This document shows, piece after piece, positions 49,310 through 60,150 of a stretch of DNA of 64,000 bases (positions are counted from its first letter, which is position 1; each line of letters starts with the position of its first letter). The DNA comes from Octopus sinensis (lineage: Eukaryota). The stretch lies in the NCBI RefSeq assembly GCF_006345805.1, contig NC_043011.1, forward strand, positions 41,366,464 through 41,430,463, in the 5' to 3' direction. The notes beneath the pieces are model-generated. The model was not told the DNA's origin and made no database searches. It worked only from the letters and a program-made list of their open reading frames with translations. The translations under genes were made by a program, and so were the position numbers.

Positions 49310-50420
49310 CATCATCGTTTAATATCCGTTTTCCATGCTAGCATGGGTTTGGACAGTTCAACTGGGGTCTGGGAAGCCAGAAGGCTGCCCTTCCTAACGC
49401 CAACCACTCCGTGAGTGTAGTGGGTGCTTTTTATGTGCCACCTGGACAGGTGCCAGACAAGACTGGCAAACGGCCACGATCGAATGGTGCTTTTTACGTG
49501 CCACCGGCATGGGGGCCAGACGAGGCTGGCAATGGCCACAATCGGATGGTGCATTTTACATGCCACCGGCACGGAGCCTAGTCAGGGCGGCGCTGGCAAC
49601 GGCCACGTTCGGATGGTTCCCTTACGTGCCATCAGCACTGGTATTACAGCTACAATTTCCATTGATGTTGATCGATTTCGATTTTCATTTGCCTCAACAG
49701 GTCTTCACAAGTAGGGTTTGTGTCACAAGAAGGAAAGGTATGCATAAGTGGGCTGGCTACGTCCCAGGTAGAGGCCATGGGTTATGGTCTCACTTGTCCT
49801 GCCAGGTCTTCCCACGCACATCATACTTCCAAAGGTCTCGGTCTCTGGTAATTTCCTCAGTGAGACCTAATGTTCGAAGGTCGTGCTTCACCACCTCGTC
49901 CCAGGTTTTCCTGGGTCTACCTCTTCCACAGGTTCCCTCAACCGCTAGGGTGTGGCACTTTTTCACACAACTATCTTCATCCATTCTCGCTACATGACCA
50001 TACCAGCGCAAACGTCTCTCTTGCACACCACAACTGATGCTTCTTAGGTCCAACTTTTCTCTCAAGGTACTTACACTCTGTCGAGTATGAACACTGATAT
50101 TACACATCCATCGGAACATACTGGCTTCATTTCTTGCGAGCTTACGCATGTCCTCAGCAGTCACAGCCCAAGTTTCACTGCCATGTAGCATGGCTGTTCA
50201 TACACATGTGCCATACAGTCTGCCTTTTATTCTGAGCGAGAGGCCTTTTGTCACCAGCAAAGGTAAGAGCCCTCTGAACTTTGCCCAAGCTGTTCTTACT
50301 CTAGCAGTTACACTTTCATCACACCCACCCCTGCTACTAACTTGATCACCTAGGTAACGGAAGCTATCAACAATTTCTAGTTTTTCTCCCTGGAATGTGG
50401 CGGTAGTTGGTCTCTGAGCA
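49310..50420 (-). mobile_element. 5'-truncated RTE LINE with intact long 3' UTR (= family B)
   Basis: ORF 49790-50191 (LHGSETW..RRLRWYGHVARM..RGRPRKTW) runs directly into tandem units, the core and the (GAT)n tail. Confidence 0.92.
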
Positions 50421-50681
50421 TTTTCAGTGTTTAATATATATATATATGAGCCTCGACTGGCTTCCGTGCAGGTGGCACGTAAAATGCACCCACTACACTC
50501 ACGGAGTGGTTGGCGTTAGGAAGGGCATCCAGCTGTAGAAACATTGCCAGATAAGACTGGAGCCTGGGGCAGCCTTCTGGCTTCCCAGATCCCCGGTCGA
50601 ACCGTCCAACCCATGCTAGCATGGAAAACGGACATTAAACGATGATGATGATGATTATATATATATATAATATATATATAC

Positions 50682-52720
50682 GGCAATAAGAAAATGGAGG
50701 GGATCAAGAAGTGGTATTCATCAACTTTTAGGACATTATATTTGTCTATTTATTTATGCCTATAAGTTGATGAATACCACCTCTTGATCCCCTCCATTTT
50801 CTTATTGCTGTATAAATTAAAGGTAAAACAACTTTTTATCCTCACCCATTTATTACATTCAGTAGTGTAATTGCCATGCAATGAAAAAAACACTTGTGTA
50901 TTAATAATTGGGTATTTCTACCAGCAGTATATTGGATAGATATTATCCCTTAGTTGGTTGGATTCACAACCTTTAACTCTCTTGGAATTATATATATACA
51001 TATATATATACAGGAGTGGCTGTGTGGTAAGTACCTTGCTAACAAACCACATGGTTCCGGGTTCAGTCCCACTGCGTGGCATCTTGGGCAAGTGTCTTCT
51101 GCTATAGCCCAGGCCGACCAATGCCTTGTGAGTGGATTTGGTAGATGGAAATGAAAGAAAGAAGCCTGTCGTATATATGTATATAATATATATATGTGTT
51201 TGTCCCCCTAGCATTGCTGACAACCGATGCTGGTGTTTTACGTCCCCGTCACTTAGCGGTTCGGCAAAGTACTGGGCTTACAAAGAATAAGTCCCGGGGT
51301 CAATTTGCTCGACTAAAGGCGGTGCTCCAGCATGGCCGCAGTCAAATGACTGAAACAAGTAAAAGAGTATACAACGGGCTTCTTTCAGTTTCTTTCTACC
51401 AAATCCACTCACATGGCTTTGGTCGGCCCGAGGCTATAGTAGAAGACACTTGCCCAAAGTGCCACGAAGAGGGACTGAACCCGGAACCATGTGATTGGGA
51501 AGCAAGCTACTTACCACACAGCCACTACATAATTTTTCCTTTTACTTCATTTGTTTCTTGTCAAATTTACAGAAAACAAAAGACGAAGACAGGTGTTGGA
51601 ACAAGCAGATCCATTAGTTTAATTCATGGGAAGAATAGAATACATACTATATGTGTGTGCGTGTGTACACATATATACATACATACACTTATGCACTCAC
51701 ATAAATATTCCCAACCATGTGGTCATGGGTTCTGTCTCACTACATGGCACTTTGAGTGTGTTCTAATATATCCCCACACCAACCAAAGCCTTGAGTGAAT
51801 TTGGTAGATGGAAACTGAAAGAAGCCTGTCAGATATGTATGAGTTCAGGTGTGGACATGTCTTGACATCGCGATGATTGCAAGCAAGCATCACCATCATG
51901 CAAGTGATGTTGTTCACTTCCAGTCTTCCATGAAAAACAATGTCTGGCTATGGGGAAATATTGGAAATACCGTCGTGCTTGGAAAATAGGCAAGGGTTGG
52001 TGACAGGAAGGACATCCAGCCGTAGAAAATCAACCACAAGAAAATTTCATCTGATGCATGCAACCATCAAAAAGTGGACATTAAACAGTGAATATATCAT
52101 CATCATTATCATCATCGTTTAACGTCCGTTTTCCATGCTAGCATGGGTTGGACGGTTTTGACTGAGGGCTGGCGAACCAGATGGCTGCACCAGGCTCCAG
52201 TCTTGATCTGGCAAGAGTTTCTACAGCTGGATGCCCTTCCTAACGCCAACCACTTCGTCTTTTGTTTTCTGTAAATTTGAATAATATATGTATAGGGACA
52301 GGAGTGGCTGTGTGGTAAATAGCTTGCTTCTCAACCACATGGTTCCGGGTTCAGTCCCACTTCGTGGCACTTTGGGCAAGTGTCTTCTACTATAGCCTCG
52401 GGCTGACCAAAGCCTTGTGAGTGGATTTGGTAGACAGAAACTGAAAGAAGCCTGTTGTATATATATATATATATATTTATTAAAGGTTGTGAACTCAACC
52501 AACTAAGGGATAATATCTAGCCAATATACTGCTGGTAGAAATACCCAATTATTAATACACAAGGGTTTTTTTTTTTATTGCATGGCAATTACACTACTGA
52601 ATGTAATAAATGGGTGAGGGTAAAAAGTTGTTTTACCCTTAATTTATACAGCAATAAGAAAATGGAGGGGATCAAGGGGTGATATTCATCAACTTTAAGA
52701 CATAAATAGACATAATATAA
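50682..52720. repeat. Inverted duplication (arms 50764-51588 and 52253-52695) with a local hairpin at the left end
   Basis: About 213-bp block around 94% identical, shared SINE-head variants and a perfect 28-bp block, all in inverted orientation. Confidence 0.8.
51011..51366 (+). mobile_element. SINE family A, full length
   Basis: Head-to-tail match to the other copies; absent from the right arm of the duplication. Confidence 0.88.
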
Positions 52721-52752
52721 TATAATGTAATTTAATGTATGTGTATATATAT

Positions 52753-52794
<42 letters not shown>

Positions 52795-53054
52795 TTTATA
52801 AAACTAAGATGAAGCACACTTGGAATGGTTAACCTTCAATTCTGAGGGGGCTCTTTTCTCTCAAATGGAGAGGCAAAACTATATCCCATAATTAAGTAAC
52901 AGTTGCATAATTATGTATTTAACACTGATTACTAAAATATTTATTAAGCAGTTTGAAATGTAGCTTACGGTCCACGTGTAGCCCATTAAGAATTGAAATA
53001 GGGACCCACATTTCACGTCTGGCCTGGGCCATTTTTTATGTACGTTTGTATGTT

Positions 53055-53111
<57 letters not shown>

Positions 53112-53393
53112 GCCTGTATGTGTGTGAGTGTGTATATTTGTGCATATATGTCCCCGTACATATGTATGAGTGTGGGTGTCTGTGTATCTGCCTATGTTTG
53201 TGTTTAATTGTTTAGGGGTATACATGTGTACGGGGTTTTTTTTAGTATGCTTGTACATGTGTGCTTCTGCGTCTGTATGAATGTATGTGAATATATGTGT
53301 GGATATATATATATATAAATACACATTTATATATATACGAGCATATGTGCCTTTTTATATAATATATAAATATATACAAGGTTATGTTCTTAC

Positions 53394-54214
53394 CTTGCAA
53401 TGGCCATTTTCGGATTATAATGCAGTGACTTGCCTGTCCTTTCATAGGTGGACAAAGCCGCTCCGCTGTAGTGGCCAGCAATATCCACACCGGCCTCGGT
53501 GATAAGACCTGAACAATTATTGTCTGTCTCAGTGCTGGCAGCCTCCGCCGTGACGCCAGAAGCAGTCACAGAAGCGACGGCACCAACCGAACATCCATAC
53601 GTGTTCTCCATTCTTCTCCTAACGCCAAACGGCTTGCCGTAGAATTTACTGTAGTAGTTGTTGAAGTTGTTGTTGTACTGTTGGTAGCGATAACGGTAAC
53701 GTTGGTGTTGGTACTGATGATTATGATGATGATGGTAAAACTGCGGAGGAAAGTGGTTATAGAGATAGTGATGATGTTGTTGTTGTTGTCGGTTATTCTC
53801 GATATTGGTGTGCGATGCTCCGTGCGTAGTTGTTGTTGTAGTTGTATTATTATTATTATTATTACTAGTTGTAGTAGTAGTAGTAGTTAATGTTGTTGTG
53901 GTGGTATTGCTACTCTTATTACTACTACCACCGCCACTACTACAAGAACTAGAATTAGTGAACGTTTTTGTAGCGGCAGCGGTTGACGTTAACAATGAAG
54001 ATGAGAGCGACGATGGCGATTGTAATGGATGGGGTAGAGATGATACAGAAGAAGACGAAGATGTGGTGACGGTGGAAGAAGAAGAGGATGATGATGATGA
54101 TGGTGTTGGAGCAGGTGCTACACAAGTGATGTTCGATGCAGCAATAGTCGATGGTGTAGTAGTTGTAGTTGGTGCTGTTGTGGTTGTTGTTGAAACGAAA
54201 TAAGGTTGTGTCAT
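53394..54214 (-). CDS. TRMT1L: TRMT1-like, first coding exon (low-complexity N-terminus)
   Basis: ATG at 54214 with A at -3; 821 nt open; ends SLHYNPKMAIA(R) (cf. recalled human SYFNPKMKLNR) with an AG|GTAAGA donor in phase with exon 2. The exact start codon is uncertain. Confidence 0.78.
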
Positions 54215-54232
54215 GATGCCCAAAAAACAACC

Positions 54233-54355
54233 TCAAAGAACAGATGTCGCCGTCATACTCGGTGGACTTGTGCTGCTGCTGCTGTTGTTGCTGGTAATGG
54301 TGATGATGATGGCGGCGGCAGCGACGACGTTAGACGAAATGATGTCGAACCACAT
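54233..54355 (-). other. 40-codon upstream ORF in frame with the TRMT1L CDS
   Basis: MWFDIISSNVVAAAAIIITITSNNSSSSTSPPSMTATSVL*; the TGA ends 18 nt before the main ATG; offset 141 nt = 47 codons. Confidence 0.55.
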
Positions 54356-54440
54356 AAAAGAGCTACTACCGTAACGGGAGATAACTTTTCCTCAAGCGTT
54401 AGGAGACGGGCAAGTTATGGATGTATGCGTTTATTATATA

Positions 54441-55293
54441 CACGGTGGCTCAAAAGTCACTGAGGGATTGCATCTTTTGATAATTCTTTTATTTTTGACA
54501 TTTTTCTTTTCTTTTCGTGGATTTTATGGACCAGGTTCTAGAAATTAATTATGGAAAAATATGGCACCGCATAACGCTCCCAAGTGGTGAAATTGTTCTA
54601 TCAAAATCAGGGGTCAGTTATTCAAACCCAGAGAGCATGTCGTTGGCACTTTCAAGTTAGTGATGCCCAAAGGAAAACACCATTAGGAACTTAGTTCATC
54701 GTTTTATAAAGCAAGGGGCAGTAAATGATCTCCCACAATCTGCGAGACCTCGCACTGTCAGAACTCATGAGGTAAGAAAAGTAGTGCGAGAGAGTATTGA
54801 ACAGAATCCGGGCATTTCAACTCGTAGGCGGTCCAAACAGCCTGGTATTTCACAAACTTCGTTGCAAAGAGTTCTCTGCAATCTTACCCTTTCTCCATAT
54901 AAGGTACAGTTGGTTCAACAGTCGAAGCCCCAGGACTATGAGCACAGGGTCCAATACTCTGTCGGAATCCAGGAATTTGCTCGAAATGGCTCCAAATTTT
55001 ATACAAAAATTGATCATGTCTGATGAAGCTCATATTTGAATGAGTTCGTCAACAGACGAGAATCCGAGAGCACTAGACCGTAGAGAATTACACCTCATAA
55101 AATGTGAAGATGAAAATGGACGCCATTTAAAAGATATCGTTTTTCATACGTAATACAGAGGTAGGATAAAGAAAAAAAGGACTAATGCAAATTAATCTCC
55201 ATTATCTCCTCTATGTTGAATTAAAATTTCATACACCTATTTGTAAAAATAAGCGATTTCTTAAAACCCCTCAGTGACTTCTGGGCCACCCTG
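54441..55293 (+). mobile_element. Internally deleted Tc1/mariner element (maT/DD37D-like, DUF4817-type N-terminus)
   Basis: 26-bp TIRs CA(C/G)GGTGGC(T/C)CA(A/G)AAGTCACTGAGGG; fragments SARPRTVRT, SIEQNPGISTRRRS, PYKVQLVQ, IMSDEAH. Confidence 0.8.
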
Positions 55294-55316
55294 TGTATAT
55301 ATGGATAGATAGATGT

Positions 55317-56002
55317 AGATCTTTTCCTTTTGAACGGCAGATGTCAACACAATTTCTAGTTAACTAAACACTTTTAAACTTCGTATACTGGTAGAATGTG
55401 TTTATAAAACATCATTTTGTCTTGGCTTTATTGAGAAAATTCTATAGTTTGTAGGATATTTCGTCTGAGAATCCGAGCATTTCGGCAATTTTAACCAATC
55501 GATTACCTCCATTCAACTAAAATCATTTGCTGCGTCTAAAACTGAGACAACATCCTGTAACTAATCCTAAACCTAACCCTATTTTTTTTTCTTAATTGTT
55601 GAATTAATTTAATTGTTACGCGTGTAAAAAAAACCGAAAGCAATGGAAAATGATTTAAACAATTAACAAACAAAATAATTCTATAATTTTATACACACGC
55701 TTTCCGTTACACGCGTAACAATTAAATTAATTTAACAATTAAGAAAAGAAAATTAGGGTTAGGTTGAGGGGTAGTGACAGGATGTTGTCTCAGTTTTAAA
55801 CGCAGCAAATGATTTTAGCTCAAAAGAGAGCATAGGATTGGTTAAAATTCGAAAAATTAAACTACGTTAAACAAACAAATTACAATTTTCTCAAGAAAGC
55901 CAAGAGAAACAAATGTTTTATTTTGACACATTCTACCAGTATACGAAGTTTTAAAGTGTTTAGTTAACTAGAAATTGTCTGCCGTTCAAAAGGAAAAGAT
56001 CC
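55317..56002. mobile_element. Foldback element with about 310-bp arms, related to the 6064-6490 MITE
   Basis: (A/G)GATCTTTTCCTTTTGAACGGCAG termini; arms 55317-55630 and 55700-56002 are reverse-complementary with scattered mismatches and indels. Confidence 0.82.
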
Positions 56003-56029
56003 GTACCTTCTGCTGTAGTTTCGGGTCGT

Positions 56030-56640
56030 TCAAGGCCTTGTGAGTGGATTTGGTTGACAGAAACTGAAAGAAAGTGCATCGTGTGTGTGTGTCTGTCTGT
56101 CCCCGTAACCTAGCGGTTCGGCCAAAGACCGACAGAATAAGTACACGTCTTGGAAAAAAGTCCTGGTGTCAATTCGTTCGATTAAAATTCTTCAAATTGG
56201 TGCCCCAGCATGGCTGTAGTTTAATCTCTGAAACAAATAAAAGATGTGTGGTAAGTAGCTTGCTAACCAACCACATGGTTCCGGGTTCAGTTCCACTGCG
56301 TGGCATCTTGGGCAAGTGTCTTCTGCTATAGCCCCGGGCCGACCAATGCCTTGTGAGTGGATTTGGTAGACGGAAACTGAAAGAAGCCTGTCGTATATAT
56401 GTATATATATATATATAAGTGTGTGTGTATATGTTTGTGTGTCTGCGTTTGTCCCCCTAGCATTGCTTGACAACCGATGCTGGTGTGTTTACGTCCCCGT
56501 CACTTAGCGGTTCGGCAAAAAGAGACCGATAGAATAAGTACTGGGCTTACAAAGAATAAGTCCTGAGGTCGATTTTCTCGACTAAAGGCGGTGCTCCAGC
56601 ATGGCCGCAGTCAAATGACTGAAACAAGTAAAAGAGTAAG
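56030..56640 (+). mobile_element. Two tandem SINE family A copies
   Basis: 5'-truncated copy 56030-56240 and full copy 56245-56640. Confidence 0.88.
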
Positions 56641-56642
56641 AG

Positions 56643-56728
<86 letters not shown>

Positions 56729-56860
56729 GGGTTCAGTTCACTTGTGATGTAAACGAATAGGTACGCTGGGTAAGTGCTATAGTTGGTCGACCATTAGGTT
56801 CCAAGATCACAGCTAAGGCTGGATCTGGGAATCCGTATTAGGGTTTCGTTATAGGATGTA

Positions 56861-57843
56861 TATATTATATAAGAGGAAAAATCAAAACCAAAGCAGAACG
56901 AATATCTCAAGTCATTTAGAATAATTTTAATTAGGGTAAGGTGAATTTAAAGTCTTACAGCTGTTTCTGGGATAACCTGACTGGTTGGTTAGTAAACACA
57001 CACACATACGTAGATACATATATAACGGTATGTATTAGGTGGAGTCAGTTACCATTTGTAATGACATATTTTAGGATATATGTTGGAGTCAACAGTTACC
57101 AATTGTAAAGGCTGTTGATATTGCAGATGTGCAAGATGATCAGTGATCAAAGTTGATGTTGATACCAATTTTCTATTCATTGTTACTTAATATAATGCCA
57201 TGCCTCGATGGACAGGTGTGTGTAATGCGAGGTAAAGAAAGTTAATTTCAGCCTGTATATGTGTGTACACGATCTCATAGTAGTATATAGAGAGAGATAT
57301 GGTAATGTTGCAGAGAAAGGAAATTGAGCTAATGAAAGCGAGAGAGTGTGTGACGAGACAGCTTCTACGTTGATTAATTCCATAGTTCTCACACTGTGAT
57401 GTTACTTCAGCCGAGACAGCATTTCGTTTGAGCCGGTCAGCCCCCTCTTTGTCAGCTGTGAACCAACGAAAACAATGGATATTTTATGGGGTCCATTGTT
57501 ATAGCAAATCACTTCCTATCGCAGACAAGAGGTTAGAAGGGTCAAGTGGAAAAGACATGAATCGGCTTTCCGAAACAATCTGGTAAATGTAATAACTGCT
57601 GTCGCTATTGTTTTCTCCGTGAGAAAAGCGCTGTTGAAATATTAAAGGAAATTGGCAGATTCAGGTTCGAATCGACTCTATGCCTAAATGAAATCACTAC
57701 ACACATATATATGCTAACCAACCCTTTGGGTTATCCCAGAAGCGGCTGTAAGACTTTAAATTCACCTTACCCTAATTAAATCATTCTAAATGACTTGAGA
57801 TACTCATTCTGCCTGGTTTTGATTTGTCCTCTAATATAATATA
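56861..57843. mobile_element. Element flanked by about 115-bp inverted repeats, probably Penelope-like with inverted terminal repeats
   Basis: 56861-56977 is the reverse complement of 57729-57843; the arms contain a GAAACAGCTGTAAGAC hammerhead remnant; the interior has HESAFRN and CFLREK fragments. Confidence 0.55.
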
Positions 57844-57859
57844 AGACAATATAGTATAA

Positions 57860-58218
57860 TGTAATATATATATATATATACTGTTCTCGTTCTGTCAACG
57901 TTTTGGCGTTCAGACGAGTGTACTGGCATATATGTGGCAACATTTGAAATATTGTCGAGGTATATGTGGCTGATGAGGATAAATCAAATATATGTTGGCA
58001 GACGTATTTTGAAGAATCTGAAACCGGTACCACATTATCCATTTCTAGGTATTTCATTTTTCAGATGTTCTTCCTAGAGGTAAGACAATTTTTTCATGTT
58101 TGTAGCACACACGCATCTTTACTAGTACATACGCAGTGAAGCTATACATTAGCGTCGTATTTATTACGTTCGCTATTTTCCAGTAAATACCGGTGCTTCG
58201 TTGTGCCATTTATTTACT

Positions 58219-58222
<4 letters not shown>
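57860..58222. mobile_element. Half copy of the 9171-9808 foldback MITE
   Basis: High identity to 9460-9808. Confidence 0.88.
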
Positions 58223-58306
<84 letters not shown>

Positions 58307-58479
58307 GGAGGGAGGGGAGGGAGAGAGAGAGGTTATGAGAGGTAATAGTGTCATTGAGACCCAAAGGTGTCAGGTAATGCTGAATAAGTGCTATAGAGAA
58401 ACTATAGTTAAGTTCCAAGTTCGGTGATTTTGCGAATAAGGGGTTCAAAGTTGGTCATATTTCAGCGAGTGTATATAAG

Positions 58480-58600
58480 GATTTTTTTCGTAATGAGATA
58501 AAAAACCAAGGCTGAGTAGATTTTAGAACATTTATAGATAGAAGGTCTTACACCTGTTTCCAGGATATTTATTATATCCCTTCATCGGAGACGGTGTGAG
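58480..58600 (-). mobile_element. Penelope-like terminal repeat remnant with hammerhead-like motif
   Basis: Minus strand GTCT-CCGATGA-A-GGGATAT-AATAA-ATATCCT-G-GAAAC-AGGT-GTA-AGAC at 58545-58592. Confidence 0.55.
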
Positions 58601-58784
58601 AGAATAGTTAAGTAAAAGTTAATTTAGATATGAGACAAAATAGAGAGTGAGGTGGAGGAAAGAAAATAGATGTGAGATATGAAGGGATATTGAATTTGTA
58701 GATCCATTTTTTAGGCAAAATGATATACATTTAAGATTCCAATACTTTATGAGTAAAATCCATTTATATATTTAGCGTGCAGGG

Positions 58785-58975
58785 CAACAGAAGAAAGAGT
58801 GAGAGAAAGTTGTGGTGAAAGAGTACAGCAGGGATCGCCACCCCCTGCCGGAGCATCGTGGAGCTTTTATGTGTTTTCGCTCAATAAACACACACAACGC
58901 CAGGTCTGGGAATCGAAACCACGATCCTACAACCGCGAGTCCGCTGCCCTAACCACTGGGCCATTGCGCCTCCAC
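58785..58975 (-). mobile_element. SINE family D
   Basis: Reverse complement of 42338-42530. Confidence 0.8.
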
Positions 58976-58978
58976 TAT

Positions 58979-59015
<37 letters not shown>

Positions 59016-59719
59016 AAACGGACTTCTTTCAGTTTCCGTCGACCAAGTCCACTCACAAGGCATCCGTTGGCCCGAGGCTACAGCAGAAGGCATTTTCCCA
59101 AGTTGTCACTCATTGGGACTGAACCCAGAACCGTATGGTTGGGAAGCTGACTCCTTACCACGCAGCCATGTCTGTTGAATAAACATAACTTATCGCGCGT
59201 CAATGCGTGATGTAATTTGTGCAGTTAGCAACAAAACTGGTTTTGCTGATATTTTAGCAACAGCTTGCATCTATCGAGATAATTTGGGCGATTCATTAAT
59301 TAGAATCTGGTTTCATTGTCTACTGGTTTTATCGATTTCAGGAATCTGGCTGCTGTGACATTTGTTCAACTGGGTCGTTAATTGTCTTCATGAATACAAA
59401 CTTACTAGTGAGCCTCTGTGGCCAAATGGATAAGATACCAGCGTGGTGGTCAAACATACTATTGTTGATGTACTGCATGAGAATATCATTCAACCATATC
59501 ATAATCTCCCCGTTTCGCATCATTTTTACAACATTATTCAACCTGATGTTACAGTTTTGAACAGGTTTTTTTTTAGCTTTGTATGTTTTTTAAAATTATT
59601 ATCCAATTTATTTTTTGGATTTCAATAAATTTGAATATTACAATGCCTTATTCTATTCGAGTTCCTATCTAGAGGCAAGTTTCATGAATTTGGATTGCAT
59701 ATTTCACTAGAAAAAAACA

Positions 59720-60150
59720 GACAGTGCTCTCGCTTTATAGTTTTGAACAACAGTTTACACACACATTTAGTATAATTCGGATAAATATCTCGTTACGTAC
59801 ATTCAAGACCTTTTATGTCACTATTTCACTACCACATGCTATACTACAGCAGGGCATACAGATACACATGCGGAACTCCTCTTTGCATATGATTAATACA
59901 AGAATAATATAACACGAGGATGGAGGATATGAGGCTTTAATTGTAGATCCCAACATTTGTTTCTGCACCACACGTCATCTCTTTTAATTATATATTGATT
60001 ATATGCCTGTACTTCGGAAAGCTAGGGGTAGGGGACAGATAGTACCGATACAGACTTTTCTATTATGGCGGTCAATGATGAAAGCGATGTTTCCTAGGCA
60101 AGAATAGCTAACTTTAATATTATGTATATTGAAGGGTTCTGGTAGCCAAA
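59720..60150 (-). pseudogene. Degenerate Penelope-like C-terminal (GIY-YIG region) fragment
   Basis: FNIHNIKVSYSCLGNIAFIIDRHNRK resembles the recalled Penelope F.R.NVKVSYSCM.N...II..HN motif; later LNVRNEIF; many stops. Confidence 0.45.

Noticed and set aside
54233-54235. Selenocysteine reading of the in-frame TGA
   Set aside because: It lies in a non-conserved low-complexity region, Trm1 enzymes are not known selenoproteins, and I saw no SECIS-like hairpin in the visible 3' UTR (not computationally searched).
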